Made by a program: the position numbers and the translations under genes
Origin: Raillietiella orientalis
Taxonomy: Eukaryota
Direction: 5' to 3'
Length of the DNA: 64,000 bases
NCBI GenBank assembly: GCA_036172245.1
Contig: JAYWIR010000004.1
Span: 2,356,001 to 2,420,000, forward strand
The notes under the pieces: generated by a model
Told to the model about the DNA's origin: nothing
The model's database searches: none
The model's input: the letters and a program-made list of their open reading frames with translations, nothing else
Shown here: positions 37,871 through 52,450 of the stretch, in pieces
How the letters are laid out: each line of letters opens with the position of its first letter
Numbering within the stretch: the stretch's first letter is position 1

Positions 37871-38437
37871 TCAAAAACGTGCAACACAAACAATATAGAA
37901 ACATACAACCATAACGATCAACAATATGAAGTTAAACTGTCTTTCATAATTGGAAGGCTGCAGATCTTTTTGAATCTTTTGTTGGGCCTGAGCAGCTGAA
38001 TAATGAGCTTTCCACCATTCATCAAAATTAAATACTGCTGTTTTTCTTGATACAGGATGTAAAGATTGTTTCCTTACTTCATGACGCACAGGTCTTCGAA
38101 TTTCATGCATCTTTGGTTGGGCAGAAGTATTATGTATTACACCTTTGTCATATTGGTGACGTGAATGATAATCACTTAATACATTGTAAGCATTTGTGAT
38201 TTCATGAAAAAGAGAAGCTGCTTCTGGACTTTTATTGACATCTGGATGGTACACCTTTGATAATTTGTAATACGAATCTTTAATGTCTTTGGCAGTAGCC
38301 TTTGGTGACAGTTTTAGCAAATCGTAATAATCAACTTTGGAACTAAACATACAGTAACTGGCATGTTTATGCAATGCAAACATTGACAGTACTGATACCT
38401 TATTTGAAAGCAAGGAGCGAACTTTTGCAGCATACAT
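37871..38437 (-). CDS. DNAJC30: Mitochondrial J-domain protein, DNAJC30-like (188 aa, single coding exon)
   Basis: Basic presequence-like N-terminus; J domain DYYDLL...IKDSYYKLSKVYHPDVNK...AYNVLSD..SRHQYD; DNAJC30-type FNFDEWWKAHY; C-terminal hydrophobic transmembrane segment. Confidence 0.85.
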   Translation of the reverse strand: MYAAKVRSLLSNKVSVLSMFALHKHASYCMFSSKVDYYDLLKLSPKATAKDIKDSYYKLSKVYHPDVNKSPEAASLFHEITNAYNVLSDYHSRHQYDKGVIHNTSAQPKMHEIRRPVRHEVRKQSLHPVSRKTAVFNFDEWWKAHYSAAQAQQKIQKDLQPSNYERQFNFILLIVMVVCFYIVCVARF

Positions 38438-41400
38438 TTAGCCAGTTTTTCTTGTTCATAGATTCACATGCAAAATTCTACCATAGCAACAAACAAGAAC
38501 ATACATTAAAAAGAAATTTTGAAAAGTTGCTTACCATGCTACAAATTTTGCAGATATCTTATTAAACGCCAAAGAGTAAATCAGTAATCGTATGTGTCAG
38601 CAAAGACCACATTTTCCTTCTTTTGATGAATTGTAATGCAATGAATAGTTATACCTCAACTCCCTTGACCATGGGCAAACGCAGCTTACAAAACAATCCG
38701 TTAACTCTTGCTGGATAGATTCAACTATTGCAGCAGCAACATCTGAACCACATACATATACCAACAACGTCAATTCTTCGAAATAATAAAAATTTCAACA
38801 CTGTACAAATTAGTGGTTCATTTTAATGAACGGATGGCAGTTAACACGTCATTATTTAATGGCCATTACTCAAGTTATTACAACACTTGGTGTTGACAAA
38901 TTTCGCTTACAGCTCAAGCCATATTCTACCAAAATTCACAAACAATATTTGCACAACTTGGCAACGATCTGCTGGCAGAAATTCATACGTTGTCGAGCAA
39001 AACATGAAACTAAAAAACTGGAACTGAATTTCCAACATTCGTCAACTTTTGCCGCACGTACAGCCAAAGCGCGCACACACCCAGGTTTTCAAGATACTCT
39101 TCTACAAAACTAAGCTTTCTAATAGGTGACTGCATGCACAATTTTAGGTGTATACATCATATATATACACATAATATATATATATACATTCTTTTGCTGC
39201 ACGTACATTCTTTTTTTACTTCTGCATTCGTTAGCAACAAATACTTTCAGTGAAGATTTCGTTCAGAGACCACGAAATTCAATCAGGACTTTTAAAATGC
39301 CATTCAAGTGGTAACAAGCACGAAAGAAGGATCTTCTGCAGTTTTTTACCAGATCAAAACAATCCTCTTTATACATAACGATTATAGCTGTAGATTCATA
39401 GCGCTTTATTTTCAGGTAAACTAATGAATGAAACGATGGATGCATCCCCTTTGATCATCTTGTGTGACTTGTTCCAATTTCCATAGCGCTTTCTCTCATT
39501 TTTTATCTTCTAACAAACTTAATTCTGAAAGTCAACTTTCTCTGAGTTTTTTTTTCTAAATCCATTTTGTATGCTGTATTTTAAAAAATTCCGCAGTTCT
39601 TTTTTTTTTCATTGAATTCAATTTCATTTGCTAAAAATCCCATTCTGTTCTGGGGAGATTGCATTTTCTTAAAAAAAGGAAAATTCCCATAAACTAGAAA
39701 AACTCAGTGCTGATGACTACATTGGATTTGTCAGTCAAAGTTACGTCCTGTCACAAATTTTCTTATGAAACCTATTAGTAAACAACAAATCGCTGAATGG
39801 CATTTTCAATCTTGGCCGGTCTGTTACTTGGGGATGAACTGCTATCAGCCAAAGAAAACCTGGTCTGAGGAAACCTGGTTTCTTCATGGACAGCTGTGTG
39901 ATAAGTGTGAGAGTAGTTGGGCCACGCAGAAAACAAATCAATTTTTTTCTTAGGAAACATCCTTTAGCATCGTAGTAAATTTAAACTTTATTAATAGGCT
40001 CCACAATATGACCTTTGACCTTTAACCACAAGAGTCTAGAATTCAAATCAACGTAGACACTTCTTGCAACTTCGCTCATTCGATCTTACTCAGATGTAAG
40101 GAGACTAATGTCATTTGATGTATCATCTTTATATTCTCTGCAAATTTTGAGCTGTTAGCTCAAAACTGAAGAAAGCCCACTGAAATGAATTCATCTCAGT
40201 GGTTTACATAAATGCAATTGCAGGCATGTTAGCTTATTCAACAGATACTCGGACTTGCACATGATCAGCAGCGGTCTTTGAAATTTGTTTGTTCCGAACA
40301 GCTAGAATTCAATATCTCGTTGGTCTTTTCCCAATGTTGCTGAATAATCCATTTATAATGAGATTTAAGTTATGAAAATGACAAGGTACACTTCAACAAA
40401 ATTAAAACGTGGCATTATTTTTAAGTCCTTATTAACTTCTTTATCACAAAAATTATATCCTTTAGTTATGCTTAGAAGCAAAGCTCAAGTGAATTACAGA
40501 ATAACTGTTACATTATGAAACTGCTGAATAATTGCGTGTTTTGGGGGTGGAACGTCCGTTTTATTCAAATTTTTGTGCTAGACAAATGCTCCCGCATGAT
40601 ATATGCGTATTAAACATTGTAAAGCTAAAAATCGAAAAACATTCCTAACACTGAGCAGAAGGAATGCTTCGTGAAATCTTTACACGAAAACACATGTTCC
40701 AGCTGTACTGTACGAAACAGATCATCCGTAAATATGTACATACAGTTCTTATGGAGTAATGTTGCAGTTAATCTTAAAGATTGAAAACACTGAAACAGAA
40801 GTGTCATTTAAAAATTACAAATGTTTCATGCTTCACTTGCTTATTACAAGTGCTACGCCTTCTCCCTAATAGGCATTAGGCCAGAACGCACGGTTAATTT
40901 TCTAATTTGACTAATTTCACAAGGCATGGAGTATTCATTACTGAGTATGGTAAGCGAGGGCGGAACAGAATCTGGTTGAGCTGATGTGCCCTGGCATGAC
41001 CTCAGAACCACATCATGAACTTTCAATAACTAGTTTAACTCTGGCCTATGTCCACATCACGCGTGTACTTGGTACCTTTGCATCCGGCAATTTACGTGTT
41101 ACTGATTTATACTATACGTGAGATATGACTCCCTAAAGGTCGCCCGAGTGCTTCCACGTCCAGATACCCTGCAACAAAACCAAATCTGAAAGGAAACTTA
41201 ACGTCATCAGAGTCTGCCTACCATCGATGTCCCACAGAGCAGGGCACTCCGCTTTTAAAAATGCAATGTAAGTGAAGGCGGTCACTTAGCAAAACGTGAA
41301 AGCGCGATAAACGTGAAGAACACATCAAGAGAAGCCATCTAGATCGAATACTAAAATTCGAAACATGCTTTTTTGTACTCAGCATCTGCGTATGTTTGGC

Positions 41401-41975
41401 AACAAAACTGATATCAGCAAAACAACAATAAAGATTTTCTAAAGACGATGCATTTTGCGCTCACCAGCTGGGATGCAAACGGGACAGCGATAAAAAGAAA
41501 AAAGTTCTTAAAGGTGCTTATCTTACGAATGGGTGGCTTGACTTTTGGACTGATGTATCATACTCGATGGTCACTGTAACCTTATGCACATTAAAATAAT
41601 AAAATTCTTTAATTGTTACCAAAATACATAAAAACAAAATAATCAAAGAATGTGCTAATCGTATTGATGTTAAGAAGGCGATGTTAAATTTCATCTTCTT
41701 GGTCAGTTAACTGGAAACTAACGTAAGCAGTTTTCATTACTACGAAATGAATGTACGCAAGAAACAAGATTCCATGCCAGTGAAGTTTTTATTTCATATT
41801 TCTTAAAAGATTCTATTAAAAAATCATCAAAATATTCTTATAAATGCATACATGACTTAACAATAATAATTACAATTGTTGTGCATAATCAATAACCAAT
41901 GGAAAAATCCACTCTTCTTACTTGAATGAGAAATCAAGTAGAAAAAAAAAAAAAGAAAACGAAAAATGAGTGTTT

Positions 41976-42983
41976 TCAAGCTCTAAAAACATGAACTACT
42001 CTCACTACATACTGGCGACAAATGGGGCACTCATGCATTTGTTTACCACAATCAGTGCAACAACACATGTGACCACATTCCAATAAGACACAGTCTGTCC
42101 CTGCTTGCATGCATATACAGCAAAGATCTTCATCAGCTACATCTGAACAAAATATGTCATTTGAATTAAACCACTTATTCACTCACCTTCTTTCTTAATT
42201 GTTTTGGCAATCCATAAGGAGCGCAGTTTAACAAGCAACTCCTCTTTTTCACAACAGCCTTGGTAACTAACTCGATATTTAGAAAGTAATGCTCTGCAAG
42301 TGTGCACATCAAGATGCTCTAAGTGCTCTACACTTTTCACATCACTTAATGAGGGGATGCAAGACAAAGTTGTGGACTGTGCTGTAGAATTCTGCTGTGG
42401 AACACTTATTGGAATGCTCTGTGAACAACTGGAAGCAGTACTATTGGTGGAAGTGCTGTAAGGGGGAGAACTTTCTAATATTGATGAGGATGATGGCTGA
42501 ACTCTGATTCCCAGATCTTCATAGTCATCCCATCCACGAACCCGGATACCATCACAGTGAATATTTGAATTACAGCCAAACATTGGTTGGGTGCTGTGTA
42601 AAACTAGATCAACTAGATCCATCTTTTCTGCATAAGGAATTTCAAGATTTCATTGTTTCTCATTCTTATACCTTTACATAGGCGAACAGGTATATGCTGC
42701 ATGCTAAGGAAGCTCTTCAAATCTCTTATCCGAAATTGCATCAGTGAGTCCTTAGTTAATGGTCTTGCACTAAGGACTTGACAACGAATGCAAGGTTTAC
42801 TTTCCCTAGCAGCATTTGGCATACAGATATCACAATAACATAAATTGCATTCTAAACACTGTACCTACAAATAACATGCTCATTAGATGACTACTGAAAA
42901 CAAGGTCTCAAATTGCAGAAACATACCCGTTTTCTCCAAAGGGTAAACTTTTGAGAACATGACTCGCAAAACTTGGCTGGCAT
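41976..42983 (-). CDS. RNF34: FYVE-like/SAP/RING E3 ubiquitin ligase, RNF34/RFFL (CARP) family (~285 aa, 4 exons)
   Basis: Exons 42983-42927, 42864-42672, 42627-42187 and 42142-41976 with GT-AG introns; in frame (858 nt). FYVE-like CESC...CLEC..C.C..C...CIRC; SAP-like IRDLKSFL...C.EK.DLVDL and [59 protein letters not shown]34 vs RFFL not resolvable. Confidence 0.9.
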
Positions 42984-45900
42984 TATCAAATTTTTTCACA
43001 CTTTTTATCAAACTAATATCTATTTCATCCAATGGCATAATTCACTCTATCATTCCTAAAATATTTATTTTTACCAAACAACTTACAACAGCAAAGTTTT
43101 GATTAAATACTAATTTGTTCAGCTGAGACGACAGAGATCTTATATTTGTTGCCAGAGTTTTTTTAAGGCAGCTAATTACAACTAATTGTTAGTATGCATA
43201 TGCTTGTTCAATAGTCACGGCTTTCTCTCATGAAATAATTATTTGCTTTAGTAATTCCCTTTCGTAATCTCGGAATTTCTACGAGAATTTTTTTTCTTCT
43301 GATTCGTTAAAAAAAAAAAAAAAAGTTTCATCCCTGGGCGTTACTTCATTTTTCCCCAAAACGTACATATCAAATGGAATCTAAAAATCTGCCACCCCAT
43401 TTGCAATTACAAACAATAGAGCCTGGATGCTGCATTTTGATAAACTCTACGGCTTCTGGATTCAACTAAACTCGGGTTCATATTCCTGAGCAGCACCCAT
43501 TGTCACTATCAACGAGACTTTTTTTCGAAAACAACATCCTACGTACGTACGCTACCAGTGTACAACACACGTTACGCACATCGTTACGATAAGAGCCAGA
43601 CAAACGCGTGCATTCGGTGGTGATGAAAGGTTGGTCATTGAACGGCATTTGAATCACAGGTTGGAATTTGAATCACATCCCAAAAGAATAACTACTTTTA
43701 ATTCCGTTGTCGGAATATTTGCATAAATTGTCAAACAAACGTATGCGTCCAATGCACTTTTGTGCCCTTTGTCTTTTGCCGTTTTCAACCAAATTTTTGG
43801 ATCTTATCGAGTTGATCGCATGATCTTATGTGACGATAATTGACCCAGAAGGACTCTTTGCAGTGCTATAAGCTTCATGTTAAATTGAGCTTGGTTCCCC
43901 CCGATATGCCAGCACAGCTGATGGTGCACTTACAAACAACAAGCGACTGTTCCTGCAAGGTTGCTGCACTTGTCTCGTAGATTGTCTTTCTAATACCAGG
44001 GTATTTCTCATTCTAGATGAATAGAGGAAAGCAACTGGCTGACAAATGAACTAAAATTAAAGAGCAAATCAAAGAATGCAAATTCTAATAAGAACGTAAT
44101 CTTCTATGTTCTATTTAAAGTTATTTTTCAAAAACGATTGCAAATGTCAGTCTTGCCACGTTCGTATCAAAATCATTTGAAGATCAATAAAATGGGATTT
44201 TATTGTATTTTGTATCCAAACACAAATTTATGCTTTTAAATAAATTTATCTCACTACGCAAATTTGTTCATGTATGGAAACATATTGTTTCAATCAGATT
44301 TATGGTGGAAACTTTTTTCTTGAATTCTTCTGCAGTAATTAGATAATCAAATGAAAAGTCCATCATATTGTAAATTGATCTTTGGATCCTTTGTAAACAG
44401 GTACTTCCTAGCTATAATCATCTTTTCTATTTGAGAAATCACAGTTTTATCCGTAAAAAAAAAATACATAGTATTGTATTTTTACTTTTCTCCTTCGTAC
44501 CAGATACAATGGGAGTATTGGAGTTCAAAGAATCTCAGCTTGTGGATGTGAAACTATTGAATATCATGTAATAAACGAGTAACATAGGTATTCCATTTGC
44601 CCACTAGTAAGTATGAATTATAATCAATTAATTCTTAGTTTATCAAACTGTCGGTTATGCATAGGACTCATTTTCCCAATTGCATTAACATGTTTTTGCA
44701 TCTTGTTTTTGGTGTCTCGTCACAAGCTGAAATTATCCTCAAATTAGGTATTTTGTATTACCATAGCAACCAAGTGGATGGCTGATCATCTGAAACTCTT
44801 AGAATTCGTCCAGGAAATGCCATTAATGAATCTTATTCTACAGGAAAACTAAATTTCCTCACTTGAGGATCATTCTAGGCGCTCGATCGACATATTGTCC
44901 CAGAAAAAATAGCGGAGTAACTGATACGAGCTCACTGTGAAAGTCGTTTCAAATTATTACAGATTGAAGTTTTATCGAAAGACTCTTTAATCTTTGTCAG
45001 AATACTCACGGCCACGAGTGCATTAGGATGTTTATCATCTGGCATGATTCATTATGTTCATATTGATGTGAATTCGTCCACGCTAATCACATGAATGCAG
45101 TCCAGTGTATGTGGAGTGAGACGTTCAAATATGTTCAGCTTTTTTTTGATATTTTTTATAGCCTGAATATAATCTGTGACTGTCAAAACAGGAAGGAAAA
45201 CAAAAAATCAAAACAGGATTACTTGATTACACTTTTACTTTCATTAATTTTTGTAACTCACAGATCTACAACAAGTCAAAAGTTAATTTCACTGATGTCT
45301 GCTTGCTGAACTACATGAATGCTTTTTTCTTTGTCATCAAGGTATTTTTGACTGCCTTAGTCTTCAAAACTGGATAGTTTTGTCTTTCTGCTGAGTCTAA
45401 TCAAAGGTGTCAAGTGCGCATGGAGTTCTTATAGTATATCGAGTAATTTGCAGCAGATGGATTTCAAACAGAATTCTATTTACATGTACTATATTAAATA
45501 TTTGGATGTATACGGTAATCATAGGATTGATTCGGGAATAATTCAAATGTGTTCCTACAAGTTGGTCTCGACAGAATCTGAAAAGGAAGATAAATGTATG
45601 ATTTAAACAGTAATGGGCTTCAACAATGTTGGAAGAATACTGTTTACATCAAAACAGTTCCTACAGAAATATAATTTTTATTCAATTTTTCTTGATTAAA
45701 TCGTGGAAGATAAACTGACCAGGAATTTAGATAAACAGCGGAACACTAGTTAATCTGTTCAATAAATAGATGAACACGTCAAAGTATTTCTCACTACGGT
45801 ACCTAACAAAAAAATGGGAAGTAGAAGATTAAGACAGGTATACATGTCACAAATAGTTTCATATATTAGCACAGATTTCCTAGACTCTTCAATGACGATT

Positions 45901-48349
45901 CTTATCATACCTATACACTTTTTATCATTTCTTATGTCTATCTTTTCTATCAATATTACTCACCAGATTAATACACAGCTTGGTAGAATCAAGTATGTTG
46001 TACTGTTGAACCTATTTACACCTTTACGATCAATCACAGACTCTAAAATATCGACTGCTCTGCATCTAAACATTGACTGTTTGGTTGTTCTGTAAGTCGT
46101 TCCCTAATCTATTGATAGTTTGTTCCGTTGTGGACCACAGTTTTTTCATGTAGCATTTCATGGTCTCCAAGCGTAATTTTAAAGTACTCTTCATAATACC
46201 CTCTTTTTAAGGTCTTTCCCCATTCTCTTGAGAAAAGATTTGTAGAAATTGTACTCCAATGTGGTAAATTTAAATTATATTTGCTTTGAGTCTGCATTTT
46301 CCCTTTTTCTTAGACAGCATTTTTCGGAAAAGTGTCCTTTGTATTTTTAGCCATTGATACCTTGTTGGAAATTTTACTCTTTGAACTTCCACAATTAAAA
46401 GTCTTACCAGTCAATCCGTCTATATAGAAAGAAATGTGGGCAGCATTTGGATGAATCCTTGGGCATCTTAACCTGTTGCTCTGCATGAATTGGAACTACT
46501 ATCCGCTAATCAGTTTTTGCTTCTTCACCTATTCAAGCTCAACTGGTCTTATTCAACTCAACCATTTTTAATTTTTCCACGGGAGTAAAGGGCTATTTTT
46601 TTTTTCATTATGCTGTTTTTCTAACGCGGGTCTACAAAATTAAGGGATTTCAAAAAGTGAAAAACGTGGAAATGAGATTATCTGAACAAGAACATTAAAT
46701 ATCTTACAGAACAACACCGCCGGCAATGTATCCTGCTGTGTGATGAGGGCAGCCGAATGCAAGCCAAGCGAACTTCTCTTAAATGGACTGAATCCCATAC
46801 ATATGATAATTCTAATACCACGCTTATCTTGTACCTCGGATGGAGTAAACAGGGAGCAAATATTCTAATGCTTGTCCTTTTGGATAAGAATTCCGAAGTG
46901 GTTCGGAAAGCGAGGAGCTAAGTCTGCACATGAAGCATTGCTGTGCAGTTTGAATTTGACAATTTCGAAAACATTATTATCTAAATTCTTTTTATTTATT
47001 TTTGAGTTCGATTGTCTTGAGACATAGCGCGATATGTTGTAGCAGAAAAAAGGCACTGAAAAAAAAAAGAGTCGACAGACTTTGCCAGTGTTTGGAAATT
47101 CTGTAGTTGACTTATATCGTTATGTACATAGTTTGTCTCATCGTTCTTGCTTATTTGTATTGCAAGATCGTTTCGAATCACCTTCTGCAGGCAGAAATCA
47201 TTGGAGAAAGAACCCCCCTCTTGAATGGTGAAAATCGAGAACTGATGTACAGTTACGTTAGATAATCTGAAGCAACAAACCGTTTGTAGATTCAGATCAG
47301 TCTCCATAAGAATATTCAACGAAACAGTGCAGCCAGTATTGACAATCTATCAAGAAAATACACCTCTTTTATCCTAGAACGTGCAAGTGTTTGTGATAAA
47401 AGTGAGAACACCAGAAATGAGAATCTTAGAAGGCAGAGTTTTGCTTTTGCAACACTTGTTTCTCGAGCTCAATTTTTCTTTAAAAAATGAATTACCGTTC
47501 TTCGTTTTAAAAATTATTCTCCACTTTTCTAATAGGCTTACTCCGATAAGATTAAGGAAAGATGGAGAATTCCGTCACATAGATTAATTTCCACGAAATA
47601 AAAAGTTCGGAAGCCCATGAATCATCCAGAAATCAATGAAGGAATTCATGAGCTTCTTAAATAAAAAAAACGCTCTGGTATGGAAATATATTGAATGGAA
47701 CATGGAGCAATGATTATTATTCTTAACTACAGAAAGCAATTTTTGTTCTTTAGAAAAGTCATGATTGCTTCTCGGCCTTTCGGCTAAGATCAAAGTGTAG
47801 AAAAGTCATAAATGCTTATGGATTTATATAGAGAATAAGGATAAATTCAAGGAATTTAAATATATAATGACGAAAATTAGATGATGGAATTCATAGGGGG
47901 TTCATGAAGTCTGTCATTCGAATTTTAGAAAAAAGACTTTAATTACGGTTTTGTTATTCTTTTACGAGCACTTGGAATGGTTCCCGAATATTCGTGAGTC
48001 TTCTGCAAAAAAAAAAACTTATGACTTGAATAAAACTCGAAATTTACCTACAAATCTCCCTGAATTTTGTGAGAAAAGCATACAACCCCATGCTGACATA
48101 ACAGAAACTTATATGGTTAGGTTGCTCATCCCCCTGTGCAAACTTACCGGGGCCTGAAGGAATTAATAAATGCTCCCCGGAAACATAAGGAAGTGAAAAC
48201 CCGAAAATGTCTGAAAGAAGCTGATCTCCAGTAATTCACAATGCAAAAGTACGGGAGGGACAAGGAGAGTGCTTTGATATGTTGCTATAAAATACTCCCA
48301 ATTTTTGTTTTCGCTGGGAAAGACTGAAATGTGACACTTTTACTTCTAC

Positions 48350-51000
48350 AAACTGTTTAGCCGTCCGTGGATGTATCCATCAGTTGGATCGTCATCAACG
48401 TCACCCCAGCAACTCCAGCAGAAATAAATAGCAAATTCCAGCAGAAATGAAAAATGAAAAAGAAAAAAAAAAAAACTGCCCAGAACCATTTTTTAAATCA
48501 TATTCAGGGAAACAGATATAGGACGTAATGAGTTTTGCAGAAGGTTCTCTGTCAGTCGATGCATGGTCAGATGGACAGAGGTCCCTAACCGTGGTGATTT
48601 CACAGTTATTAGTGAACTGTTGAGGTTTCATTATAACGCCATTGAAACGTAAGTCGATACATTTTTTTTTAGATGTAACTGCCTTTGCTATTACACCCTA
48701 TTTGAAATCTACCGTCTCAGAAAGAAGTGAAGACTCCTGCATAGGTTGAACGGAGGAAACACTAAGCCATATTCCTCCGCAGTCTTCATAGTACTTCGAC
48801 ATTTTGGCATCGAGTAAGACATGTGATTCACGAATTATTATTGCTGTTCTGCTACCAATTTTCTGAAAATAGCAATCGAAAACAGTCGCTTCGCGACTGT
48901 AGTGGGTGTAACATAAAAGAAGCAAACTTTGGATATTTAAAAGTTTCCGCTGCAGGATCAAGGATGCTTCGTATTGGAAGAACGGAGTGTCTTCTGCGTA
49001 GCACCTCAGACAACGGAGGCAAAATCTGTCGTGAGGCTGACCACCCCAGAAAAGGTGAGCATAGTTTGACCATTTTCAAGTTCAGCAGAGTTTATGGTTG
49101 GAGGAATGTAATGGAAAGTGTGATCGAATTCCGGTTTTGCAGGTGGAACTCTTAGAAGAGTGGTTAGAAAAGTGTCGTCAACGAGAAAAACGAAAAGCTT
49201 ACTTGGAAACTTGAAGAGAGGCAGGGCGACATCTTCAGAGCTAGTCCCTATTGATTCGAAAGTTTCAAATGGCATGGCCCTTTGTCCAAGAGTTCAAGAG
49301 ATGAATGACACACCTACTCCCCGGGGATCATCTCTCCGCAACTTTCAAGGTAGTTCAAACTTTACCGAGCATGTCTGTAATATCAGTAAGACTTTAACAG
49401 ATTTGATAAGATTCTCAGATTCCTAGAGCACATAAATTCCTAAAGAAACCTGCTGTATATCACTTCTTCCATTAGCTTTATATGGAAACTGCAAGGGATT
49501 TTAAACTTATCTGCTACCCAACCAAGACTTTAAGGGCTATACTCAATACATAACCAAAATATGCGATGAATCTAGACTCGTGAAGGCAGGAAACAGGAAC
49601 AATTTTCTTGGTGATATAGAAAACATCCAAAACGAGTTCATTTTCCGCTTAAGTACCAAATTCGAAGTTTTGGGGATTCTCCATCTCACTATCATGAGCA
49701 ACTGGGACTACCCATGGATAGACGGCTAGTATCGACTTTCTTGTCTAGAGAAGCTATATAGCCGATGTAGCCCTTGTTATTCTTGAATATTAGCAATAGA
49801 TATTTGTTTTCCCTAATAACAAAGTATACATTAAATGAATTAAATGGTCCTCCTCTCTGCGCCTGAAACAAAATCAATTTTACTTTTGTGTACTAGTCAC
49901 AACGTTCCACGAGTCACATTCCTTAGATCAGAAACAGAAAACCTAAGATCTGCATCGTTTTTTTCTGGGCACCCTTCGAGAATTTCGATCAACATTCTCA
50001 CTATAAGACTAGCCAACGTAAATCTACTGTCTCACTTAATGACTGGGCCGCTGCAATCGGAGGCATTTACACAATACAAGGAGAAGGAAAAAAGTTCGAA
50101 GTATCCCAAACTACCATTCTCTGCGATCAAAGTTGTGGCTTTTATCACATTTCTTAAACAAAGCTGTAGTCTGTTATCACAAAAGAGTTCTCCAGCACTG
50201 CTTTCGCTCCCTACAACTACCAACTTTCAGGAGCACTGCCCCCTTTTATCAAGAAAAGTTTCACTTTCTCCTCCATCGTTACTTGCAAGTTTCGGAAAGG
50301 CAGGTGGGATGAGAAATTGTGGTTTCATCCGTCAAGATTTCTTACTTGGCATCACTCATCACGACAACCATAATTTGAGTATAGCTGCACGTCCCACATG
50401 TTCAAAGCTTAAGATGCTTAAGATAACAACCGTTTCTTGCCGCTCCGCGTCCATGAGAACTACTTGCCTCGGTCCCACAGCAAAGCCCAAGCTGCCGACA
50501 CACTCGATTCCAAGCTCTTTCAGAGCTTTTAATTCAACCCAACCGTTAATGTACTCTTGTTTTCGACGAAAGAATGAGAGCGATGCTCTTTTTAAACCAT
50601 GTCATGAATTTCAGGCAAGTTTATTCCTCCACATCACAAGCAGTTATCCTTCTACGCACAAACTCTTGGGAGTCCTTCCTGGACAAACAAACAGGTAATT
50701 GCCATTTGCGCACCATTATTTTATGAAAATAAAGAGGAAACGACATAACTGCATGCTCATACCCTCCCTCGTGTGACTCTCCTACGACGGTACCTGTCCT
50801 TCGGAATACCGATAACCATCCAACTTCTTTGCTGGACGCGCTAGCGCCTTCGACCGAAAAACACGCACTTCGGCAAACAACAAGCCTTTCATAATTGCCA
50901 GGCAAAGACGTCATGCTTCCCCCCTTTAGAAAACTAGGTACAATCACAAAACCTCTTCCACGACCTTGAGCTGAGTAACTTTCACCTCTGCTCTTTATCA
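48350..51000 (-). mobile_element. Very old L1/Tx1-like non-LTR element remnant
   Basis: Degenerate motifs in the expected order on the minus strand: TLASLIVRML (endonuclease start, ~49990-50020), NGQTMLTFSGVVSLTTDF (K.PG.DGL..EF-like, ~49020-49075), ETVDFK (D..KAF-like, ~48700) and TVRDLCPS (GVRQG.PLS-like, ~48570-48595). Weak similarity judged by eye. Confidence 0.45.
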
Positions 51001-51299
51001 TTTTGTTTACCAAAACCTGCAGACTCCGAAAGATATTAACTCGGTCAGCTACTTCAGTTCAAGGTTAGCGACGAACTGCTCACTTCATTAGCCAGTATGC
51101 CTTGTTTACGTTTCGGTGTACTCGCGTTAGGTGTGACGGCCTTGCTCTTCCCAGTCAACAGTCTGTTCGCTTTTCAGAAGAAGACTAAAGTGAGTGTCTG
51201 TGGTTATGAGCTCGATGCCCAATGTTTTCAAGTGTCAGACACTTATAGATTGAATCTCGTGTAATGGATGCTTCACATGGGATCTAGAGGCTTCAACAT

Positions 51300-52450
51300 G
51301 TTCTTTTACCAGTACGATGTCATCCAACCCCTTCTTGCAGAAGTAATGAAAAGCCTTGGAAGGCAGATTCCTTCTTCTCCTTCCCCTAAAAACATCCGTG
51401 CTGGAAGGGCACCTGTTTACAAAAACAATCCGATCTCAAGAAGATTCAAAGTGTTCCATTTTGCAAGAAGCCGAATTATCAGAGAAGCACAGCATCTTGT
51501 ATTGCTTTGATCAGGACCAACACATGATAGCCAGATTTTACTCAGGTGGCGAAACAGGGATCACCGACTGCATCAGAGCAGGAGCACGTGAAACGCAGTC
51601 TTAGTCAAATGCTCGGTGATGTTGGCACTCGAAATCCACGAATGAAGGAATTTGACTCAGCAAACGAAAAAGTATATACACTTGTGAATATGACCGGAGG
51701 TGTCGTTTTTTGAGAGGACTTTGAGGACGGAAGGATATCGCTGTCCTTTGATCCTAGCCTTTCTTCCCTTCCTAACTCTCTAACGAACCAAGGGAAGGTA
51801 GGATCCGGGCAGTTTGATTTTGAAAGACATCTGTAAAGACATCGGTCAACAACAGCTTTTCTCTGGGGAATTTTCCATACGCTTCAGAGAAATCATTGAA
51901 GAAGGAATGCGTTTTTCCAAGCAAAAAGAATGGCGCATTTTAATCTGCATAAAATGCATCGAAATGTAAAAAAAAAAAAAAGAGAGAAAGGGAAAGGAAA
52001 GAAGTCGAACTTTCTTTTTATAGCCTGCTCATATTTGATCGAGAAGGCATTATGTGGGAGATTCAGCGGATCATTCTTCTCAGAGAGTCACAGCTGAGAA
52101 TTCAGCCAAAAGTCTGTTTTCGCTAACATGCGAAGCTCTGTCGAAACCAAAATGAACAAATGAAAGGTAAGGCGTTTGCTCCGTGCCCTTCGTACTTTTT
52201 GGCCTCAGTGTGGTACGGCCCTTCATCGTGAGGTCTTCAGTTACTTGAACTCTCCCCAATTTATCGTTCTAGGAGTGACATCCGTAGAGCTCATTGCTGC
52301 TACAAAAACAAGTGAATGCTCCCATTCCAAAAACCTTAGAAGCAACACTCTTTTGCAAGCAAACGAAAGTTACTAGAAAAACGCAGTAGGAATCACCGGC
52401 AGTGAAGAACTGGATTGAATTTCGAACGGGCTGTAAGATACTATTAATAC
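51300..52450 (+). mobile_element. Old L1/Tx1-like fragments (C-terminal Zn motif/3' UTR and an RT piece)
   Basis: KCSILQEAELSEKHSILYC (~51448-51505) followed by TGATCC and a pyrimidine tract (~51749-51780), as in the left-hand copies; RTFWPQCGTAL..EVF and VKNW (~52190-52415) resemble the RT N-terminal region. Confidence 0.4.
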
